From positions 62,001-126,000 of the forward strand of contig NMRA01000047.1 in NCBI GenBank assembly GCA_002633005.1: 64,000 bases of DNA, read 5' to 3'. Shown here piece by piece: positions 25,481 to 38,500 of the stretch. The position numbers and the translations under genes were made by a program. How positions within the stretch are numbered: the first letter of the stretch is position 1; each line of letters starts with the position of its first letter. The notes under the pieces are model-generated. The model did no database searches, was not told where the DNA came from, and saw only the letters and a list, made by a program, of their open reading frames with translations. Origin of the DNA: Phoronis australis. Its lineage: Eukaryota; Animalia; Phoronida.

Positions 25481-25660
25481 GTGTGACATGGCGTAGGGAT
25501 TGTGACATGGCGTAGGGACTGTGACGTCGCGTAGGAAGTGTGACATGGCGTAGGGACTGTGACGTCGTGTAGGAAGTGTGACATGGCGTAGGGACTGTGA
25601 CATGGCGTAGGGACTGTGACATGGCGTAGGGAGTGTGACATGGCGTAGGAAGTGTGACAT
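25481..25660. repeat. 19-bp minisatellite, ~9.5 copies
   Basis: Unit TGTGACATGGCGTAGGGAC with variants (TGTGACGTCGCGTAGGAAG); contiguous, no spacers. Confidence 0.95.
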
Positions 25661-26726
25661 CCCCCCATACTTGTCAATATAGCTGCGCAATGAAAGAAAA
25701 GTTTGGGCGGAGAAACAAACAGTTGGTTCATTCAAGTACAGAAAATATTCAACATAAGCATTGATGAAAAAGCGGCTTCAATTGAAAAGAATCCTACGTT
25801 GACACCCAAACCGTTCAAGATTGAGCAACTCGACCGCTTTGCACACCCACAGAATTTCCCGGTTAAGATCAAAGGCACCATGCTGTTGTGGTCAATTAAA
25901 TCGTCCCATGCTGTTGGTGTTATCGTTCTTTACAGAATGAAACCATCATAATCTTTTAGGGACAATAAAATTTTAAAATTTTCGTTTTGAAAGTTTGTAA
26001 ATAGCATATAGCTCGTGAAAAGCTCACGTAATCGGGTTTTTGAGTTTTGAATATTGGACAAGGAATGTGGCTTTCACAACCTAAAACGTCGGTTTAATGC
26101 TGTAATAATTAATTATGTTCCTCATTAATTCTGATGGGTGTTCAACATAATTGGGCCAAAAACAAAACCACCAGGCAGCAGTTGGATTTCCGAGAGATGT
26201 CAAGTGTCATCGTACACTTCTTGGCATGGTTTGGACTGCCCTACCCCACGAGCTTTTCTTACCAATTGATTTCCGTTTCCAACTTCTTTCTGAATCTTCA
26301 CGAATCAGGACAGTCCGTGAGAAAGAAGGAGGTAAAGCAACACATATCAAGTTAATGGAAAACAGGTTTGGGGGGTCATACAGGTGAATCCATTAACATT
26401 TATTGTGAACAAATAACAGAAAACGGGTACTATTTCGTTTATTTTATGGTGGTGTGTTGGTGTATAAACGAAAGTGGTAATACGTACCAGACGAGTACAG
26501 GATACCACAAAACACAAGTATACGATAAGGTGCCACGTGTGTACGTCAAAACTGTATACAGTGGATGGTAGTTGGTACCAGATGAGCATTGTCCGATTGG
26601 CTCGAGTAATACGGCAAAAATAATGTGAAGTAGCGGGTACCCAAACTGCTAATTAGGTTAAACTGCAATACAGAGTACCAGACAGGCTATAACATTACAA
26701 AGAACGAAGGTTTGGGACTGCCTGAG

Positions 26727-28739
26727 CAGGCCCGTGGCCAGCATTGGGCGGGGGGGTGGTTCGAATTTCTAGTGTGATGGACCTTTGATATTTTACAAAC
26801 GTCGACACTGTAGAGTTTTCGGTAAGGCCCTTGACGCAGCTTAACTACGAGGGGATCTACATGTATATACACAACAACGACTCTCAGCTCTCTGTTCCCA
26901 AGATCAGACGGAATTCGTAGTGCCAGAAATGATGATGCCCTGATGGTTGTTCACAAAGAACGGGAACCAAATTCGGATGTAATGTGCCAATCTTTCAAAC
27001 CGGGCGTGCTTAAATGAATGATTACACCTCATTACATACTCTGACGGAAATATTTAATCGGAGCATATGATCGACTTGAATATTTTGATCTGGTTGAATT
27101 TTTGCGTGTTACTTAACTTGCTTATATCGCTGGAAATAGGAGCTGCCCAGTATTCTACAGGTTTACCACTCTGACGGTTCACTATTCCGAAGGTTCACTA
27201 CTCCGAAAAGATCTAAAACTTCGATTGGGTGTATCAGATATCCCCTTTTACTTGCAAACTGATTAAACGACACTTCGGTTATTAGATGCACTAGGTGGTG
27301 TACCTAATGCTCAAACAACGCCAGGATTTCATGCACATGCGAAATTGCCCGCATGTCTTTCGAATACGGAAAATGAGTGAGTACTTGAATTTTTAAAAGA
27401 TTATGAAGTAGGAATATTGATGAATTATCAACCACGATACAGTTATCAAATCCATGTCAACGGTCTCCTCATTTCACAGCGTGACTGAGCTAGTTTAGGG
27501 CTGCTGCCCCTCAAACACACCCATCGGAACCACGCGCATAGCCTGGTCGAAACTAAATGTAGTTAGTAGGCTATCGTGTCTCTGCCAGTCGGAGAGTCCC
27601 ATTCAGTCTTCTCAAATTTAAAACACCGCTATAGGTCGCTGAAGTCCTGACCCGATGTTGTCTCTGCTTGAGACTGAATGAGTCGTTAGTTAGATTGAAG
27701 ATTCACTATTGGCAGTGACTGGAACTGAGCTCATTTGTAAAGAATGGAATCCATGTTTTAAGAATTAATCAACCTTTTAAATAGTTTCTAAATGGGCACA
27801 AATACAATACGCTTCTCATTTCAGTTCCGACTCGTTAATCAGAGTAATGAACTGTCGGAGTTCTGGTTTCGGAATTGTGATCATTTGAAGTAGTGAACTT
27901 TCGAAAATAGTGAACCTTCGCTGAAACTTCGTACTAGGACCCTTCTTCATTGACTAAAGTTTTTATGAGGTCAAGACCTACTTTTCCCAAATAATATGAA
28001 CATGCTCTACGTGTTTTTTTAGTGCAAGAAAATACGGTAATTCATGGGCGCTGCAGCACTGAAAAAAGAGGGAACCATAGCCCCCCCAACCCCCTATGGT
28101 GTGCCGTTCATGTAGTTATATGTCCGATTTTTGACGGAGGACTGCCTATTGTGAATTTACTTATCGTCGGCGTTTACTGAATTTAAAAGAATGGAAACGC
28201 AAAACGCATGCATGTCATCCACCAATCCACAACCAAAGTGGACATTTGAAAATGTATGCACATTACCGTACTCTGCCACTATCAAAATAGTACATAAACC
28301 TACTTTCTGCTACTTTGTTTCTTGATCGATTTTAAGACGTTCACACGGTTCTACTTTTTGGGAGCTCTCTCGCTGCTATATAATCTATCTAGGCTAGGAA
28401 CCACATCTAGGTAAAGACATTTACATCTAGACTCCCGTGTTACCCTATGCCACCACGCGCGTTCCACATCGATGAATAACATAAAGCCTCCTCTAGTCGT
28501 CTGCACGATTCTATCATCAAGCACCAGTCGGACGAAGTTGACCTGGTCCCGCCCGATTTTACGTGAACTAAATTCAAAATTATATTAGTGACTTAGTTAT
28601 TATTGCAGTTGGTAGAACAAGGAACTCCAACAGTTTTGGTGTTGTTGTCCATCTATATCCAATCTTTAACGGTCGAGGCTGCACCTTTTCCGCGGGGGGT
28701 TCGATCGAATCCCCCGAATCTCTCCTGGCTACGGGCCTG
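26727..28739. mobile_element. Non-autonomous hAT-like TIR element with 5-bp TSD (CTGAG)
   Basis: CTGAG-CAGGCCCGTGGCCAG ... CTGGCTACGGGCCTG-CTGAG (14/15 TIR match), with GGGGGG..TTCG motifs near both ends. The right end is repeated at 29271-29290 by the local duplication. Confidence 0.75.
27159..27920. mobile_element. Nested MITE whose ends are 3 tandem 16-bp units
   Basis: Left GGTTCACTATTCCGAA-type x3 (27159-27207); right inverted TTCGxAxTAGTGAACC-type x3 (27869-27920). Confidence 0.65.
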
Positions 28740-29502
28740 CTGAGTGAGCACACCTACCGGAGTTTGTTGATATTAGTAGGCCCAGTTGCGGGCAGCCTGG
28801 GTGCGCACTGCCATCGACATATAAATCATAGTACTGGTAAGTATAATGAACGTGGTGTTTTGGGTGAGCGTGCTGTCGATATTGGAAGCCATAGTATAGA
28901 TAAGTATAAACAAGATGGTGTTTTGGGGTAAGCATGCTGTCGATAATTGGGACCATNTAAAGACATTTACTTCTAGACTCCCGTGTTACCCTATGCCACC
29001 ACGCGCGTTCCATATCGATGAATAACATAAAGCCTCCTCTAGTCGTCTGCACGATTCTATCATCAAGCACCAGTCGGACGAAGTTGACCTGGTCCCGCCC
29101 GATTTTACGTGAACTAAATTGAAAGTTATATTAGTGACTTAGTTATTATTGCAGTTGGTAGAACAAGGAACTCCAACAGTTTTGGTGTTGTTGTCCATCT
29201 ATATCCAATCTTTAACGGTCGAGGCTGCACCTTTTCCGCGGGGGGTTCGATCGAATCCCCCGAATCTCTCCTGGCTACGGGCCTGCTGAGTGAGCACACC
29301 TACCGGAGTTTGTTGATATTAGTAGGCCCAGTTGCGGGCAGCCTGGGTGCGCACTGCCATCGACATATAAATCATAGTACTGGTAAGTATAATGAACGTG
29401 GTGTTTTGGGTGAGCGTGCTGTCGATATTGGAAACCATAGTACAGATAAATATAAACAACGTGGTGTTTTGGGGTAAGCATGCTGTCGATAATTGGGACC
29501 AT
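28412..29502. repeat. ~546-bp tandem duplication joined at a single N (28957)
   Basis: 28412-28956 and 28958-29502 are near-identical, and each ends in ~61-bp internal repeats (AACGTGGTGTTTTGGG...GTCGATA..GG.ACCATAGTA). Confidence 0.9.
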
Positions 29503-32500
29503 AGTACAGTTAAGCATAAACAACGTGTTGTTGTGGCTCGCTTTGCGCCGCATGATATATTTTCGTACGCAAATTCACTTTAACTTCACTCAAGAAAATG
29601 TGTTGAAATCCATTTATATCTGAGCCGTAATTTTCATGCTGGTGGTTACGAAAAAAGAAAATTTCTTACCGCACAGCAACAAAAACAAAAATATCTTTAT
29701 CGCCTTCACCATCAATAAATGAACGAAGCTGTTTCATACATCACTCAAGCACTTAACATCGGAGTAACGATAAGATCCATGTTTCTACATCGTTTTGCAC
29801 TGGTACATGTAATTTGTAGGCCGTAAGTGTGGATTTTCATGGTCACCAAAACGATTATGTGTCTGACCTGCCGAATCGCTGTTATTTTACCTCTTTGTGT
29901 GCAATCCTTGCATAAGTTAAGGAATCTTGTTATTTACCGAAAAAACTGAAAATCTGTGGTCGTCTTGTCCGCAGCGTCCAGCTACCGGAATTGAAACGTC
30001 GGGGAGAAAGGGGGTGGTTGAAAAGCAAAAAATGAGGAATTTCTTGGATCGGTTGACGGTTTTGTAAATGGCTCAGTGTGTCACCACTTCCGGTTTTAGG
30101 AACTGTGAGTTTTGTTATTTTCACTGTCTTGAAAATCGACCAAATTGCCTTCAGAAAAGATTACATTTCCGAAATACGAAAACACGTCTTCCAAAGCGAA
30201 ACTCCTACAATTTCACGGCTGTCAACAAGTGTTCATGTAATTCGGCATGGAGTACGAGCCTGTAGCATCTTCTCTCCAGGACTACGATGCCCACTTCATG
30301 TTCCATTAACCAGCTGATTACGCAGACAAATTCGTAAGCACGGGGTCTTGCAAAGTTTAAAGATCTATAGGTAAGAAAACTTATACGTGGGAGACCATCC
30401 CCCAGCGAAATTCCTTAATAAAAGTAGAACAAATACGAAAACTCAGAAAAAAGTGACAAACACCGTATGGAGTCAGGGGCGAGGCTACCAAATACGCAAA
30501 CACTCACGTGCGTCGCAGACAGAAACGATTATTAAAGTTTTCAAATTTTTTCTTCCAATACGTACAAAAACCTTCTACTGATTACCATAAACATTTTCTC
30601 ATGAGTACGGCAAATAGATGTACCTTTGTTTGTAGTAAAATGTCAAGTCTATATATCTCGAGCAGCTTCTGATAGTAACCTAACCTTAATGACGTCGACA
30701 CCCGGTGGCGCTCGCAATTACAGTATTTACGCTGAAGGCACCAGGTAGCGACACTACCTCGTCCACAAGTTGGCTCACTTGGGTCCGTATTAGGAATCGA
30801 GCTCAAAATTATTTATGTATGCCATTTTCCGTCCTACTTTTGTGTGAACTTGAATGATAAGTGTCTATTATTCTATATTTGAGTACATTATTGTTTACGC
30901 GTACGAGTGTGCGGTCGAAGTTCGTACTTGATAACCCCTAGATTCGTGCTGCGAACACTCGAGATTCAGAGTTAAAGCAGAGGTCTTGAATTTGATAGTG
31001 TTCATTCAATACATTCGTTAAGGGAGGTAGATACGGTGTTTGTTTTTCCATGTTCCTCTTTAAAATGAGTAAACTTTAATATATGTCGTCTTAAATATGA
31101 CCCACAACTTGAGAAAAAAACAAAGGAATTGTCTTTGAGTGATAACTTTTTAAATTAAAATTTATTTTATTATTTTTTCAAAAAAAATCATTTTTCTTGA
31201 TGTCTTTTTCACAAAATAGTGTCACAGATTTCAAAATCTTCTATTTGAGTCAGCAATACACAAATATGGCAATAAAGGCATCATCACATACCTTTTTGTA
31301 CTTTGTTTTTGAGCTTTGGCAAATATACAGCATTCAGTTAAATTAATATCAAAATAACTTACATGTAAGTTATAACCAGTTCATTTGTATTAGATTTAAT
31401 TTTTTATTTCGTAAAAAATTATCAAAAGATAGCTGAGAAATAAACTTGAGAGTATTGTGAAATAATGAACTGAGATAAACGTGTTTAAACTTTTGCAGTT
31501 ATCAAATGCTACTCTTGGTCAACTTTCACTGAAAATCTGTGCATATAATGATCCAGTTTTACTGAACTTGGTGAAAAGACACCAGAGGGCACTTTCTATC
31601 GCAAAATAACCAACTTTTCAGTTGGTGTATTGCAACATTTAAGCTTTTTTCTTTAAAGGTGAGTGATTCTCAGACCCAAACCTTTATCAAGTCTGTTGTG
31701 CATTTGACAAAGGTGCTTTGTGGGATGGTGTGATATAATTGGCCAATTTGTGGTCTAATCTGCCACGTCCTACCATTCAAGTCTGATGAGCAGCTCAATA
31801 GGGTAAGGAATTTTCATAAATGTGGTAACATGACAACAATGCACTTTTCAACTCAATTTCAACTTGTCACGACCAAATGAATAATCAAAGTTTTAGACAA
31901 TATAAGAATTCAAAAACTGTCAAAATACAAAATTCAATGTATAAATCCTTCTTAAACCCTTCACACCATGGTCATAAATGCTTGAATTCGGTTACCAGAA
32001 ATTTTGATATGATATTTTAAGTATATTTTCTTCAATTTGTGCACAGGTTCGTACGTCGGGCGCGGATATGGCAGCAAACGGTAGAGTAAGGGGCAACGCT
32101 GTGCTCAACGGCACACATTTTGCAACAGGCAAGACTGAAACGAGTGTCATTTAACAGAAATAAAATCCATTTAGCATCACTATAATTAGATACAATAGTT
32201 TCTGACAAAGGAATTCTTTTCAATTTCAGCATACTGGTGTAAGTCAACAAGCCAATTAAATAACCTAGTTTACTTCGCAATAGGCCTAACCAATCAGAAA
32301 AAATAGGTCAAAGGTCATTGAGTGCAAACTAAAATTTGGAGCTAGAGACTTCAGAATTACGTATCTGTTTACTAAGTGCGATTGAGTTTGAATTCTAAAT
32401 TTTCAGGTCATTTGGTGCATCCATGGGGTCATTCGGTGCATTTTTCTTCTGAAAGATTGACCACTTCATTCATCTTATATGCTGAAGTGCTTAAAGTAAA

Positions 32501-35500
32501 ACATCTCTGATTATTAGCATTAACCACACTTTTAATTGAGTTAACAATTATTCCCTCATCGGGGCTCATAATGCACCGGAAGAGGTCAATTAGTGGAAAG
32601 GTCATCAAAAATTTAATATGTAATTTCTCCTACAATTTTAAAGAATTCCTTTTCATATTGGTAAACAGGTTGCTGTCGGTAACTTTCCATAATAATTCCA
32701 GTAATACGCACGCGCAGAGTCCGTTATTGTCATGCCGTGACAATAATCTTTCTAGTTTCATACTGTCAATTATTGATCAACGTCTTCTGCTGGTAACATC
32801 ACGTTGCGGGAAAACCAGAAAACCATTAATTTTTCTTCATTCATCAAAATTCTTTAATCATTTCCCAAAATAAGTGCATTTGTTGGAAAATTACTGTACA
32901 CGGTCTGAAACCTCAAAAAGTGCAAAAATCAACTGCAGGAACGCTTTGAAGCAAACTACTAATCAGCACAATTTACTCAGCCGCTTGCTCTTTTAATTTC
33001 AGTAAATGTCAATTGAGTCTGCGTTACCTAATAAAATTAATTACCACTAAAAATTGTAGTTTGGAATCGTTGTTCAGATTCTTGGCTCAGGGGAGGAGCT
33101 ATCGTTGATAGGTCAGTGGTGCACTTTGATTCACTCCATATGAAACACGCGAGAGACCGATTCTCAAGAAAACAACAGCGAGCTCTGAGAATAGAAATCA
33201 AGTATTTGCGGTAAAGCGCGCCGTGAGCAAGAGATCGAAACGGCAAATCGTCAAATGACTGATGAAACGAATGAGTTTGAGTGAGAACTTACCTTTTTTC
33301 AATTGCCTGCGTTCATGAAGACAATGCCCGTCGGCGGTCGGGGAAAGAGAGCTTGTTCGAATTGCGCACTGTAGCTCGCAATCTGTGGAAGGGAAGGCAG
33401 ATTCCCTGGGCGATCTTAACTTCACCTGTGCTCAGTGTGTGTAATCTCGTCTAAACTCCCGCTTTTTCATTACATTAATGTAACGGCTGCGACAAGAGGG
33501 CTATAATAATGTTTTTCATCAAGGGCTCTTGTGGAAGAAAACCATAGAACTGAAACATTGTTAATGTAATGGATTTGCCAAGCCCATCGCATTATAAATC
33601 GATATGGAGTGAAAGTCTATATTGTCAGGATGGCATTATTCGACGTAAACACAAGCTGAGACGAATGTGTGATTTGACACTTAATATATAGTCACGGAAA
33701 CTCACTGGAACAGGTTACTAAGTGTGTTGTTTCTACACGACAGTTCATTTTCTCCGTTGACGTCTTAACGCATCAATATTGCGCTTCATTGAAGACAGAG
33801 GTGACTGACACTAGACCAGATATTTATTTCAAGGTATTTAAATTTACTCATCGCTATTAATAAAAATACGTACATGAGATTTATAATACCACCTAGATTG
33901 AAGGCGAGTATTTCACAATCCAGCTATATAGGTGCTCTTTGCAGGAATGGTGGACCTTTTAGAATTACGTGTAGTTCTATTGAGTCTTTCTACTGGATTA
34001 AAATGCTGGAAACCGTAACGATCTGGAGAGCAACAGTACTAACAATAATTTTGAGATTTTGAATCACAAAATGTCTTTCGACTCAAAGGCTACGTTCTTG
34101 TGCCGGGGATACGTAAAATCTACTTGTTTACAGGCGTCGGGGGAGCCGTGACGACTGGTATAGGCGTAGGGGGTGCGGTGAAGTCAAAACACAGCAAATA
34201 ATGTAAAAAAGAGAAACTTCAAGAGAATATTTGTTAACCACCCGTTCTGGATTTATCCTTCGGGACCCTGCGCAATGCCTTTTTATTGGGGAGTGGTCAA
34301 TATTTTCAAGTATAGATCGTCAAAATGCTCTTGTCACCGTGCTCGTTATCATGTATGTACATGTACTTCGAAAAAGATTATCTAGCACAGATTTTCCCGA
34401 GCAAACTGATTTAGACTTTTAAATTCAAGAATTTACAGCATGTCTCCATGGACCTTCTCCATGACAGTAGGTAATAGAATCGCCTTCCGCTCTCTGTTTT
34501 CCAAAGCTTAAAACTTGAAAATGGCCTTTGGAAGGGTCCGTAGAAAGAGTTCATGATCCATCATTTTCCTGTTTTATTTACTTCTTTCTTCTTGAGAGGT
34601 CGCTCGTGATGGGGTGCTCCAGTGGTGTAATCAACTGCTTCTCTTTTTTCTGATTATGTGAAATCATACAACCTTTTATATTAAAGAATGCCACATGTTA
34701 CCGACGATGGAAAGAGATGTTACTCGTTTCCATTTCCATAATATGTCTTTTCAATAACACCTTGCAGAGTCCTTTCTTAGAGGGTTGCTCAAGTCAAATG
34801 TAGTATTACATGTACATGAGATTTCAAATTGATCGGAGAAAACGGAAACTTTCTTAACAGGACATGCACCTAAGACAACCAAAATGTGAGATTTTATTAA
34901 AATACGATGTCATTGACCTCTATCAAAAAGATTCAAGCTTGAAGAGCTTGACTATTGCTATTTATGAATTACTCAAAATAATAGTCGCGATGCTTTTATT
35001 ACAATCAAACTTATTGATAATTTTTACCAAATAATTCTACGTTATTAGGAAAGAATTGTCTATGAATTTTTTTTTCATAGGAAACTCTTATATTCTCATC
35101 AGCCTGTCAGGAGCTAAGGCTTACGTGTATAGCGCCTTCTGAAGATTACGAGGCTAAAAGTACCAGCAATTCTAAAAAAATCTGTGACTTTTGGAATACA
35201 AGTTTCTTAAAAAGGCAGTAACAAGCCGGCTACAACTGGAATAAAGGAGAATTTAGTTTAACACGAATAAATTCGGAAAATTTCTTGGGGTGTGACCCCA
35301 AACCCCCGAGGGATGCATAGTCTCCCATGCTCGGTTGCCCGTTATGTATCTGAACGTAAGCCCTCCGGAATTGCCGAAACATTTCGTAGAGTAAATTACT
35401 CGTTTCAAAAAATGTCTTATTGTGCTTTCATGTGACGGCCCAATATTTCGTCTAATAACCTACAAGCGTTCATTGGTTTTTCATTTACGGGATTATGTAT

Positions 35501-38500
35501 CTACGAAAATCAATTGATTTATAGACAAATTTTAACAATTGGAATCTGATATTCTAAGAAATTGATGAAGTTTCAGTGAACTTGAGTGCGGGATAAACTT
35601 TGCGACCATCAAACAACAAAGCACATTAATTGCATTTTGAAACAACCCACTAAGGAATTGGTGTTTCGTTGTATGTTGACGAAGGTTGACAAAGTTCGGT
35701 CAGTTGTACATCATTTGCTCCGAAGGGATTTGAAACAGCCCTAAGATAGTGTACCGATGACTCTGGAACTGCGTTTCTTTTACACCTCCTGAAGAGTAAT
35801 TTGGTTGTACATCTTTTTGGTGCCCTAATATAAACACTCCAGAAAGGTCAGATCATAAGATAAGCGCCTAACTCGCGTAACATGTTCAGGCCACGGTCTA
35901 AAAAGTGAATTTCATTGAAACTTGGCTACATACGTTTTTGGGGTCTAGCCCCCTCCCTATGTTTTGCACCAACAAACAGCAATGTCTATGGCGGGGAATG
36001 CGAAATTGACGACGACCAGGGAAGGGGGCAGAAGTGGTGGCGATAGGGAGAAATTTGAAATTTGCACTGACAGGAGTAGGGGAAGTTAGCGAAGTTAAAT
36101 TGATTTGGGCTTTCCAGTAATGTTTACCTTCATGCGGCGTGCATGTGTGACATGTTAGCCATTGTACATGTTTTTCCATAAACGTGAGTGTCCTTAGACT
36201 AACGCTTTTCAAACTGGGAAACATGTGAAGATATCTTGTGAATTGACGGACATAACGTATGTTGATCGCATGTCTTTGATTTCTGGAAAAAATGATGTTA
36301 TTTTTTATTCGGTTTGACCAAATACAGTCCTAATACTATTTTTGGATGTTCTCTTACGACCTAGTTTCAACAAAACAGTGCCATTAAGAAGTGTTTTACT
36401 TATAAAGTGAAAAATATTTTATTGCGTGTTAAAAGAAGTGTTGGAGATTGAGTTCACGCAACAGCTGGCACATCTGCGCTAACGGTAGGTTGCACTCTCG
36501 CGTGATGTTCACTATCGCCCGAATGGTTCGGAAGTGACGTGGTCATGGAAACGAGGCATTTATCGCATTTATTAACCTATTGTAATATTTCACTTAGATT
36601 TTGACAACGATACTCGCCCATAATTCTTATTTGTTTTCTTGTTAAACCTGGAAAGCAAATACGTGTTTGTTAATTATTGAAAATGTGTTGATTGAAAGAG
36701 AAGCAAATTAGGAATTGATCGACAGTAGTGTTGAGTTAGGCCTACATTTATCAGACTTCAGAAGAACCCCTAATCTGTCAGTACTTCCAGATGTATAAAG
36801 CTAATATAACTAACTTTAAACAACGTCTAATAGAATGGAGCAAGATACGACGTCGTTCTTGGAAAATGTAACCCTGGCAACACAGCCTGGTAAATACGTA
36901 AAAAAGAGTTTTCGCCCAATAAACATTTCATCCGATACATGCATGATACCATGTCACATGGCCTTCTGGAGTTAGCCTATTTCAAAAAAAGCCTTTGTTT
37001 ATTTGTCCTGGAAGTTTCGTAATAGCGTGTCAGACATTTCCAATTTTTTAGCAATTTTAGGATCTTGGACAACATTTTGAATAGTAGTTTACATGCATAT
37101 GTTGTCGTAATTAATTTATCTTCTCAGCCTTTCTAACAAGGTTGTAAACAATGGGACTTAATATCTTCACATCTTTTTAATATTTGCCTGAATCAATGAT
37201 TAGGAAAAACAAAACATCAATTATTTCAAAACACAGTATTAAAATTTTCAGCATGGTCCTATTTCTGAATTGTTCAAAAAGTCACCCTGAGCAAAATCGA
37301 TCAGTAAGCAAAATACTCTGGATGAAAGCCCCGATATTGACCAAGCAGAATTCGTTTGGAAAAGCATACGAAGTACAGATGTTTTGCGATACAAAGTTTG
37401 TTTATTGCAAAGACCAGCACCGGATTTCTCATACAAGTAGCCATCATGTCTCAGAAAACGGTGGTTGAGTTCATATGAAATGTTCAGGTGCTATAATTCA
37501 TACACTGTTCTCCAAAACGCTGTTAAGCAGCGCTTTTAAACTGATTCACTTTTGTCAGAGGTACTTTCAAAATTGGACTTTTTCAGTTAAAACGAAGACG
37601 ATGTGATACTTTAGAAAACTGTATTAGCGGGTTAGGATTTTATCTTGAACATTTATACGAAATGAAATATTGTCATGTCATTAATATCCTTGTTCTGCTA
37701 CGAATGTATCTTCCTTTTACTCCATTTTACTAAAAAATTCTGGTCACGTGACTCAATTAATGGTAGATTGATTTTTCCTCCGTGACTGATGCCAGCTTAC
37801 ACAATCATACTCCTGCCATAAAGTGAATGTTGTGATTTCACGCAGAAAGTGGCAAACAAAAACGAGATTCATCTGCAAAAGAGCACAGAATTCCACTGCA
37901 GTCTAGTCCAACCAACACTGAGTGCACTATCTGAATCTACGCCTCTTGTGTTCGTCAGACATTGCTGGCACCTTTCTTGATTTGTGCGACTTGAAACGAG
38001 CGCATGGTCTGATCTGAAATTCGCTGACCTCCATCGACATGGAGTTGTAACTGCACTTCTTTAGCCGTAAAAAATCATCGCCTTGCAAAAAATGATACGA
38101 ATTCGTTCATCTTTGACTTAATCTGTAACTTTTGATCTACGTGCTCCGAGCTCAAACGGTCCTATACACATAAATGTAGACGCAAACACAGACCTATCTA
38201 TCAACATTTATCATATTTCTACTGAAAAGAAAGTATTTATAGTTATTGTGAAGTATCGGTATTATGAAATTTCAAACCAACGCAGTCGCCATTTTAGTAG
38301 TGAGCATCTTTTTAGGTTAAAAAAGCAATGCATTTGAGACATAAATATAACGAGGCACGCGAATAAAATCACGTGTTGCGCTGTGATTAAGCGCTGAATG
38401 CATTGTTTTTAAAACCTAAACAGAGGCTCACTTTTAAATGGCAACTGCATGCATAAAGTGTATAAAATGAGCTTTGAGCTCTTAACCTCCCGGAATTTCC

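Noticed and set aside
25424-25735. Repetitive ORFs and CRISPR-like appearance
   Set aside because: Contiguous 19-bp tandem units with no unique spacers, no cas genes and a eukaryotic context.
28694-28720. GGTTCGATCGAATCCCC resembling a tRNA T-arm/B-box
   Set aside because: No cloverleaf or A-box; it is the subterminal hairpin of the TIR element.
28412-29502. 546-bp tandem duplication with twin ORFs as a biological gene duplication
   Set aside because: The copies meet at a single N and duplicate only one end of a transposon, so a contig-overlap or haplotype artefact is likely. The ORFs have no motifs.
31018-31954. Possible TTAA element (TTAAGGGAGGTAGATAC ... GTATAAATCCTTCTTAA)
   Set aside because: The terminal match is too weak to fix the boundaries by eye.
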